From the NCBI RefSeq assembly GCF_009914755.1, contig NC_060927.1: a stretch of DNA of 64,000 bases; one strand, written 5' to 3'. A program made the translations under genes and the position numbers. The notes beneath the pieces were generated by a model. It worked only from the letters and a program-made list of their open reading frames with translations. It was not told where the DNA came from and made no database searches. Numbering within the stretch: position 1 is the stretch's first letter; the number at the start of each line of letters is the position of its first letter. Below, one piece after another: positions 55,001 to 64,000 of this stretch. This stretch comes from the human T2T-CHM13v2.0 reference genome, Homo sapiens.

Positions 55001-58000
55001 CACAACGTGGTTTCTGCGAATGATTCTTTGTAGTTTTTACATGAAGATATTTCGTTGTCAACCGTAGGCTTCAAAGCACTCAAAGTATTCACTTGGAACT
55101 TTTACAAAAAGAGTGTTAGAAAACTGCTCTTTCCAAAGTAAGGTTCAACTCTGTGAGTTGAATGCACACATAACAATCAAGAAGTTTCTGAGAATTCTTC
55201 TGTCCTGGTTTATATGAAGAAATCCCGTTTCCGACGAAGGCCTCAAAGACGTTTAAATATCCACTTGCAGACTTCACAAACAGAGGGTTTCCAAACTGCT
55301 CTATGAAAAGAAAGGTTAAACTCTGTGAGTTGAACGCACACATCACAAAGTAGCTTCTGAGAATGATACTGTCTAGTTTTTATACGAAGATATTTCCTTT
55401 CTACCATTGGCGTCAAAGCGCTAGAATTCTCCACTTGCAAATTCCACAAAAAGAGTGTTTCCAATCTGCTCTGTCTAAAGGAAGGTTCAACTCTGTGAGT
55501 TGAATACACACACACAAAGAAGCTACTGAGAATTCTTTTGTCAAGAATTATAATAAGAAATCCCGTTTCCAACGAAGGCCTCAAAGAGTTCCAAATATCC
55601 ACTTGCACACTGCACAAACTAAGTCTTTCCAAACTGCTCTATGCAAAGAAATGTTCAACTCTGTGAGTTTAATACACACATCACAAAGCAGTTTCTGAGA
55701 ATGATACTGTCTAGTTTTTATACGAAGATATTTCCTTTTGTACCATTGGCCTCATACTGCTAGAATTTTCCACTTGCAAATTCCACAAAAAGAGTGTTTC
55801 CAATCCGCTCTGTCTAAAGGAAGGTTCAACTCTCTGATTTGAATACATACATCCCAAAAGAAGTTACTGAGAATTCTTCTGTCTAGCATTATGTGAAGAA
55901 ATCCCATTTCCAACGAAAGCCTCAAAGAGGTCCAAATATCCAGTTGCAGAATTTACAAACTGACTGTTTCCAAACTCATCTATGAAAAGGAAGGTTAAAC
56001 TCTGTGAGTTGAATGCACATATCACAAAGTAGTTCCTGAGAATGATTCTGTCTAGTTTTTATACGAAGATATTTCCTTTTCCACCAATGGCCTCAAAGTG
56101 CTTGAAATCTCCCCTTGCAAATTCCACAGACAAGTGTTTCAAATCTGCACTGTCTAAAGGAAGGTTCAACCCTGTGAGTTGAATACACACACACAGAAAA
56201 AAATTCACTGAGAATTCTATTGTCTATCATTACACGAAGAAATCCCGTTTACTACGAAGGCCTCAAAGAGGTCCAAATATCCAGCTGCAGACATTACAAA
56301 CTGAGTGTTTCCAAAGTGCTCTATGAAAAGAAGTGTTAAACACTGTGAGTTCAATGCACACATCCCAAAGCAGTTTCTGAGAATGATTCCGTCTATTTTT
56401 TCTACGAAGATATTTCCTTTTCTGCCGTTGGCCTCAAAGCGCTTGAAATCTCCACTTGCAAATTCCACAAAAAGAGAGTTTCAAATCTGCTCTGTCTAAA
56501 GGAAGGTTCAACTCTGTGAGTTGAATACACACCACAAAAAGAAGTTACTGAGAATTCTTCTGTCTAGCATTATATGAAAAATCCCGTTTCCAACGAAGGC
56601 CACAAAGAGGTCCAAATATCCACTTGCAGATTCTGCAAAAAGAGTGTTTCCAAACTGCTCTATGAAAAGAAACGTTAAACTCTGTGAGTTGAACGCAAAC
56701 ATCACAAAGTAGTTTCTGAGAATGACTCCGTCTAGTTTTTATACGAAGATATTTCCTTTCCTACCATTCACTTCAAAGCGCTTGAAGTCTCCCCCTGAAA
56801 ATTCCACAAAAAGTGTTTCCAATCTGCTCCGCCTAAAGGAAGCTTCAACTCTGTGACTTGAATACCCACAACCCAAAGAAGTTACTGAGAATTCTTCTGT
56901 CTAGCATTATATGAAGAAATCCCGTTTCCAACGAAGGCCTCAAATACATCCAAATATCCAGTTGCTGACTTTACAAACTGAGTGTTTCCAAACTGCTCTA
57001 TGAAAAGAAAGGTTACACACTGTGAGTTGAACACACACGTACCAAAGTAGTTTCTGAGAATGATTCTGTCTAGTTTGCATACGAAGATATTTCCTTTTCT
57101 ACCATTGGCCTCAAAGCTCTGAAATCTCCACTTGCAAATTCCACAAAAAGAGAGTTTCAAATCTGCTGTTTCTAAAGGAAAGTTCAACTCTGAGAGTTGA
57201 ATACACACCAGAAAAAGCAGTTACTGAGAAGTCTTCTGTCTAGCATTATATGAAGAAATCCCATTTCCAACGAAGACTTCAAAGAGGTCCAAATATCCAC
57301 TTGCAGATTCTGCAAAAAGAGTGTTTCGAAACAACTGTATGAAAAGAAAGGTTAAACACTGTGAGTTGAACGCACACATTGCAAAGCAGTTTCTGAGAAT
57401 GATTCCGTCTAATTATTATACGAAGGTATTTCCTTTTCTATCATTGGCCTCAAAGCGCTTGATACCTCCACCTGAAAATTCCACAAAAAGAGTGTTTCCA
57501 ATCTACTCTGTCTAAAGGAACGTTCAACTCTGTGAGTTGAATACACACACACAGAAAGAATTCACTGAGAATTCTTCTGTCTGGCATTACATGAAGAAAT
57601 CCCGTTTCCAACGAAGGCCTCAAAGAGGTCCAAATATCCACTTGCAGATTCTGTAAAAAGAGTGTTTCAAAACCGCTCCATTAAAAGGAATGTTGAACTC
57701 TGTGAGTTGAATGCAAACATCACAACTCAGTTGCTGAGAATGCTTCTGACTAGATTTTATGGTAAGATATTTCCTTTTCTACCGTAGGCTTCAATGCCCT
57801 CTAAATACACCCTTGCAAATTCTACAAAGAGACTGTTTCATAACTGCTCTATAGGAAGAAAGGTTCAACTCTGTGAGTTGAATGCAGAGATCACAACGTG
57901 GTTTCTGCGAATGATACTTTGTAGTTTTTACATGAAGATATTTCGTTGTCAACCGTAGGGTTCAAAGCACTCAAAGTATTCACTTGGAACTTTTACAAAA

Positions 58001-61000
58001 AGAGTGTTAGAAAACTGCTCTTTCCAAAGTAAAGTTCAACTCTGTGAGTTGAATGCACACATAACAATCAAGAAGTTTCTGAGAATTCTTCTGTCCTGGT
58101 TTATATGAAGAAATCCCGTTTCCAACGAAGGCCTCAAAGACGTTTAAATATCCACTTGCAGACTTCACAAACAGAGGGTTTCCAAACTGCTCTATGAAAA
58201 GAAAGGTTAAACTCTGTGAGTTGAACGCACACATCACAAAGTAGCTTCTGAGAATGATACTGTCTAGTTTTTATACGAAGATATTTCCTTTCTACCATTG
58301 GCGTCAAAGCGCTAGAATTCTCCACTTGCAAATTCCACAAAAAGAGTGTTTCCAATCTGCTCTGTCTAAAGGAAGGTTCAACTCTGTGAGTTGAATACAC
58401 ACACACAAAGAAGCTACTGAGAATTCTTTTGTCAAGAATTATAATAAGAAATCCCGTTTCCAACGAAGGCCTCAAAGAGTTCCAAATATCCACTTGCACA
58501 CTGCACAAACTAAGTCTTTCCAAACTGCTCTATGCAAAGAAATGTTCAACTCTGTGAGTTTAATACACACATCACAAAGCAGTTTCTGAGAATGATACTG
58601 TCTAGTTTTTATACGAAGATATTTCCTTTTGTACCATTGGCCTCATACTGCTAGAATTTTCCACTTGCAAATTCCACAAAAAGAGTGTTTCCAATCCACT
58701 CTGTCTAAAGGAAGGTTCAACTCTCTGATTTGAATACATACATCCCAAAAGAAGTTACTGAGAATTCTTCTGTCTAGCATTATGTGAAGAAATCCCGTTT
58801 CCAACGAAAGCCTCAAAGAGGTCCAAATATCCAGTTGCAGAATTTACAAACTGACTGTTTCCAAACTCATCTATGAAAAGAAAGGTTAAACTCTGTGAGT
58901 TGAATGCACATATCACAAAGTAGTTCCTGAGAATGATTCTGTCTAGTTTTCATACGAAGATATTTCCTTTTCCACCAATGGCCTCAAAGTGCTTGAAATC
59001 TCCCCTTGCAAATTCCACAGACAAGTGTTTCAAATCTGCACTGTCTAAAGGAAGGTTCAACCCTGTGAGTTGAATACACACACACAGAAAAAAATTCACT
59101 GAGAATTCTATTGTCTATCATTACACGAAGAAATCCCGTTTACTACGAAGGCCTCAAGGAGGTCCAAATATCCAGCTGCAGACATTACAAACTGAGTGTT
59201 TCCAAAGTGCTCTATGAAAAGAAGTGTTAAACACTGTGAGTTCAATGCACACATCCCAAAGCAGTTTCTGAGAATGATTCCGTCTATTTTTTCTACGAAG
59301 ATATTTCCTTTTCTGCCGTTGGCCTCAAAGCGCTTGAAATCTCCACTTGCAAATTCCACAAAAAGAGAGTTTCAAATCTGCTCTGTCTAAAGGAAGGTTC
59401 AACTCTGTGAGTTGAATACACACCACAAAAAGAAGTTACTGAGAATTCTTCTGTCTAGCATTATATGAAAAATCCCGTTTCCAACGAAGGCCACAAAGAG
59501 GTCCAAATATCCACTTGCAGATTCTGCAAAAAGAGTGTTTCCAAACTGCTCTATGAAAAGAAACGTTAAACTCTGTGAGTTGAACGCAAACATCACAAAG
59601 TAGTTTCTGAGAATGACTCCGTCTAGTTTTTATACGAAGATATTTCCTTTCCTACCATTCACTTCAAAGCGCTTGAAGTCTCCCCCTGAAAATTCCACAA
59701 AAAGTGTTTCCAATCTGCTCCGCCTAAAGGAAGCTTCAACTCTGTGACTTGAATACCCACAACCCAAAGAAGTTACTGAGAATTCTTCTGTCTAGCATTA
59801 TATGAAGAAATCCCGTTTCCAACGAAGGCCTCAAATACATCCAAATATCCAGTTGCTGACTTTACAAACTGAGTGTTTCCAAACTGCTCTATGAAAAGAA
59901 AGGTTAAACACTGTGAGTTGAACACACACGTACCAAAGTAGTTTCTGAGAATGATTCTGTCTAGTTTGCATACGAAGATATTTCCTTTTCTACCATTGGC
60001 CTCAAAGCTCTGAAATCTCCACTTGCAAATTCCACAAAAAGAGAGTTTCAAATCTGCTGTTTCTAAAGGAAAGTTCAACTCTGAGAGTTGAATACACACC
60101 AGAAAAAGCAGTTACTGAGAAGTCTTCTGTCTAGCATTATATGAAGAAATCCCATTTCCAACGAAGACTTCAAAGAGGTCCAAATATCCACTTGCAGATT
60201 CTGCAAAAAGAGTGTTTCGAAACAACTGTATGAAAAGAAAGGTTAAACACTGTGAGTTGAACGCACACATTGCAAAGCAGTTTCTGAGAATGATTCCGTC
60301 TAATTATTATACGAAGGTATTTCCTTTTCTATCATTGGCCTCAAAGCGCTTGATACCTCCACCTGAAAATTCCACAAAAAGAGTGTTTCCAATCTACTCT
60401 GTCTAAAGGAACGTTCAACTCTGTGAGTTGAATACACACACACAGAAAGAATTCACTGAGAATTCTTCTGTCTGGCATTACATGAAGAAATCCCGTTTCC
60501 AACGAAGGCCTCAAAGAGGTCCAAATATCCACTTGCAGATTCTGCAAAAAGAGTGTTTCAAAACCGCTCCATTAAAAGGAATGTTGAACTCTGTGAGTTG
60601 AATGCAAACATCACAACTCAGTTGCTGAGAATGCTTCTGACTAGATTTTATGGTAAGATATTTCCTTTTCTACCGTAGGCTTCAATGCCCTCTAAATACA
60701 CCCTTGCAAATTCTACAAAGAGACTGTTTCATAACTGCTCTATAGGAAGAAAGGTTCAACTCTGTGAGTTGAATGCAGAGATCACAACGTGGTTTCTGCG
60801 AATGATTCCTTGTAGTTTTTACATGAAGATATTTCGTTGTCAACCGTAGGCTTCAAAGCACTCAAAGTATTCACTTGGAACTTTTACAAAAAGAGTGTTA
60901 GAAAACTGCTCTTTCCAAAGTAAGGTTGAACTCTGTGAGTTGAATGCACACATAACAATCAAGAAGTTTCTGAGAATTCTTCTGTCCTGGTTTATATGAA

Positions 61001-64000
61001 GAAATCCCGTTTCCAACGAAGGCCTCAAAGACGTTTAAATATCCACTTGCAGACTTCACAAACAGAAGGTTTCCAAACTGCTCTATGAAAAGAAAGGTTA
61101 AACTCTGTGAGTTGAACGCACACATCACAAAGTAGCTTCTGAGAATGATACTGTCTAGTTTTTATACGAAGATATTTCCTTTCTACCATTGGCGTCAAAG
61201 CGCTAGAATTCTCCACTTGCAAATTCCACAAAAAGAGTGTTTCCAATCTGCTCTGTCTAAAGGAAGGTTCAACTCTGTGAGTTGAATACACACACACAAA
61301 GAAGCTACTGAGAATTCTTTTGTCAAGAATTATAAGAAGAAATCCCGTTTCCAACGAAGGCCTCAAAGAGTTCCAAATATCCACTTGCACACTGCACAAA
61401 CTAAGTCTTTCCAAACTGCTCTATGCAAAGAAATGTTCAACTCTGTGAGTTTAATACACACATCACAAAGCAGTTTCTGAGAATGATACTGTCTAGTTTT
61501 TATACGAAGATATTTCCTTTTGTACCATTGGCCTCATACTGCTAGAATTTTCCACTTGCAAATTCCACAAAAAGAGTGTTTCCAATCCGCTCTGTCTAAA
61601 GGAAGGTTCAACTCTCTGATTTGAATACATACATCCCAAAAGAAGTTACTGAGAATTCTTCTGTCTAGCATTATGTGAAGAAATCCCGTTTCCAACGAAA
61701 GCCTCAAAGAGGTCCAAATATCCAGTTGCAGAATTTACAAACTGACTGTTTCCAAACTCATCTATGAAAAGAAAGGTTAAACTCTGTGAGTTGAATGCAC
61801 ATATCACAAAGTAGTTCCTGAGAATGATTCTGTCTAGTTTTCATACGAAGATATTTCCTTTTCCACCAATGGCCTCAAAGTGCTTGAAATCTCCCCTTGC
61901 AAATTCCACAGACAAGTGTTTCAAATCTGCACTGTCTAAAGGAAGGTTCAACCCTGTGAGTTGAATACACACACACAGAAAAAAATTCACTGAGAATTCT
62001 ATTGTCTATCATTACACGAAGAAATCCCGTTTACTACGAAGGCCTCAAGGAGGTCCAAATATCCAGCTGCAGACATTACAAACTGAGTGTTTCCAAAGTG
62101 CTCTATGAAAAGAAGTGTTAAACACTGTGAGTTCAATGCACACATCCCAAAGCAGTTTCTGAGAATGATTCCGTCTATTTTTTCTACGAAGATATTTCCT
62201 TTTCTGCCGTTGGCCTCAAAGCGCTTGAAATCTCCACTTGCAAATTCCACAAAAAGAGAGTTTCAAATCTGCTCTGTCTAAAGGAAGGTTCAACTCTGTG
62301 AGTTGAATACACACCACAAAAAGAAGTTACTGAGAATTCTTCTGTCTAGCATTATATGAAAAATCCCGTTTCCAACGAAGGCCACAAAGAGGTCCAAATA
62401 TCCACTTGCAGATTCTGCAAAAAGAGTGTTTCCAAACTGCTCTATGAAAAGAAACGTTAAACTCTGTGAGTTGAACGCAAACATCACAAAGTAGTTTCTG
62501 AGAATGACTCCGTCTAGTTTTTATACGAAGATATTTCCTTTCCTACCATTCACTTCAAAGCGCTTGAAGTCTCCCCCTGAAAATTCCACAAAAAGTGTTT
62601 CCAATCTGCTCCGCCTAAAGGAAGCTTCAACTCTGTGAGTTGAATACCCACAACCCAAAGAAGTTACTGAGAATTCTTCTGTCTAGCATTATATGAAGAA
62701 ATCCCGTTTCCAACGAAGGCCTCAAATACATCCAAATATCCAGTTGCTGACTTTACAAACTGAGTGTTTCCAAACTGCTCTATGAAAAGAAAGGTTAAAC
62801 ACTGTGAGTTGAACACACACGTACCAAAGTAGTTTCTGAGAATGATTCTGTCTAGTTTGCATACGAAGATATTTCCTTTTCTACCATTGGCCTCAAAGCT
62901 CTGAAATCTCCACTTGCAAATTCCACAAAAAGAGAGTTTCAAATCTGCTGTTTCTAAAGGAAAGTTCAACTCTGAGAGTTGAATACACACCAGAAAAAGC
63001 AGTTACTGAGAAGTCTTCTGTCTAGCATTATATGAAGAAATCCCATTTCCAACGAAGACTTCAAAGAGGTCCAAATATCCACTTGCAGATTCTGCAAAAA
63101 GAGTGTTTCGAAACAACTGTATGAAAAGAAAGGTTAAACACTGTGAGTTGAACGCACACATTGCAAAGCAGTTTCTGAGAATGATTCCGTCTAATTATTA
63201 TACGAAGGTATTTCCTTTTCTATCATTGGCCTCAAAGCGCTTGATACCTCCACCTGAAAATTCCACAAAAAGAGTGTTTCCAATCTACTCTGTCTAAAGG
63301 AACGTTCAACTCTGTGAGTTGAATACACACACACAGAAAGAATTCACTGAGAATTCTTCTGTCTGGCATTACATGAAGAAATCCCGTTTCCAACGAAGGC
63401 CTCAAAGAGGTCCAAATATCCACTTGCAGATTCTGCAAAAAGAGTGTTTCAAAACCGCTCCATTAAAAGGAATGTTGAACTCTGTGAGTTGAATGCAAAC
63501 ATCACAACTCAGTTGCTGAGAATGCTTCTGACTAGATTTTATGGTAAGATATTTCCTTTTCTACCGTAGGCTTCAATGCCCTCTAAATACACCCTTGCAA
63601 ATTCTACAAAGAGACTGTTTCATAACTGCTCTATAGGAAGAAAGGTTCAACTCTGTGAGTTGAATGCAGAGATCACAACGTGGTTTCTGCGAATGATTCC
63701 TTGTAGTTTTTACATGAAGATATTTCGTTGTCAACCGTAGGCTTCAAAGCACTCAAAGTATTCACTTGGAACTTTTACAAAAAGAGTGTTAGAAAACTGC
63801 TCTTTCCAAAGTAAGGTTGAACTCTGTGAGTTGAATGCACACATAACAATCAAGAAGTTTCTGAGAATTCTTCTGTCCTGGTTTATATGAAGAAATCCCG
63901 TTTCCAACGAAGGCCTCAAAGACGTTTAAATATCCACTTGCAGACTTCACAAACAGAAGGTTTCCAAACTGCTCTATGAAAAGAAAGGTTAAACTCTGTG
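52039..64000 (-). repeat. More divergent haplotype domain, HOR copies 19-23
   Basis: Copies 19-22 share T at offset 622 (aattaTaa), and about 14 variant sites here were not seen in copies 1-18. Confidence 0.8.

Larger units (their letters stand above)
1..64000 (-). repeat. Alpha-satellite HOR array, 17-mer, 2891-bp unit, ~22.1 copies; probably human chr3 D3Z1 (S01/1C3H1L)
   Basis: Seen: ~170-bp periodic motifs (TTCAACTCTGTGAGTTGAA, CCACTTGCAAATTCCACAAAAAGAGTGTTTC) and CENP-B boxes TCCCGTTTCCAACGAAG. The opening TCTACAAAGAGACTGTTTCATAAC recurs at 2892, 5783 ... 63603, and the ORF track repeats every 2891 bp. Knowledge: a 2.9-kb HindIII 17-mer with dimeric SF1 structure characterises D3Z1. Alpha satellite is certain; the chromosome call is ~0.9. 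Confidence 0.97.

Noticed and set aside
187-63919. Roughly 190 ORFs of 62-129 aa recurring every 2891 bp
   Set aside because: They are chance translations of alpha satellite: mutually similar across monomers, overlapping on both strands, with no recognisable domains or gene structure.
1-64000. CRISPR-like pattern of palindromic repeats at regular spacing
   Set aside because: The intervening sequences are homologous monomer bodies rather than unique spacers, and there are no cas genes.
1-64000. A hidden insertion (transposon, virus, gene cassette) or novel coding system
   Set aside because: The strict 2891-bp phase from first to last base leaves no room for inserted sequence, and I saw no non-satellite stretch.
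1-64000. Purely synthetic or collapsed-assembly repeat
   Set aside because: Linked, spatially structured SNV haplotypes look like a real array, although individual variants still need read validation.

Overview
The whole 64-kb window is one uninterrupted, single-orientation primate (human-type) centromeric alpha-satellite array. Monomers of ~170 bp are organised into a 17-monomer higher-order repeat (HOR) of exactly 2891 bp, giving 22 full copies plus 398 bp of a 23rd (copy k starts at 1+2891*(k-1)). Each HOR has 8 CENP-B-box-type monomers (7 intact boxes, 1 fixed broken box) alternating with pJ-alpha-type monomers, one break in that alternation, and one HindIII site. This matches what I recall of the active chromosome 3 array D3Z1 (S01/1C3H1L); that assignment was not checked against a database. 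I see no credible genes, RNA genes, CRISPR arrays or transposon insertions, and the ORF track is a repeat artefact. I did not find a new protein-coding biological system. The informative signal is about 34 single-base variant sites, read by eye and probably incomplete. They define HOR haplotypes, a 2-HOR super-period, a possible duplicated multi-HOR block ~40.5 kb apart, recombinant copies, and a more divergent domain from ~52.5 kb where two adjacent copies have lost a further CENP-B box.
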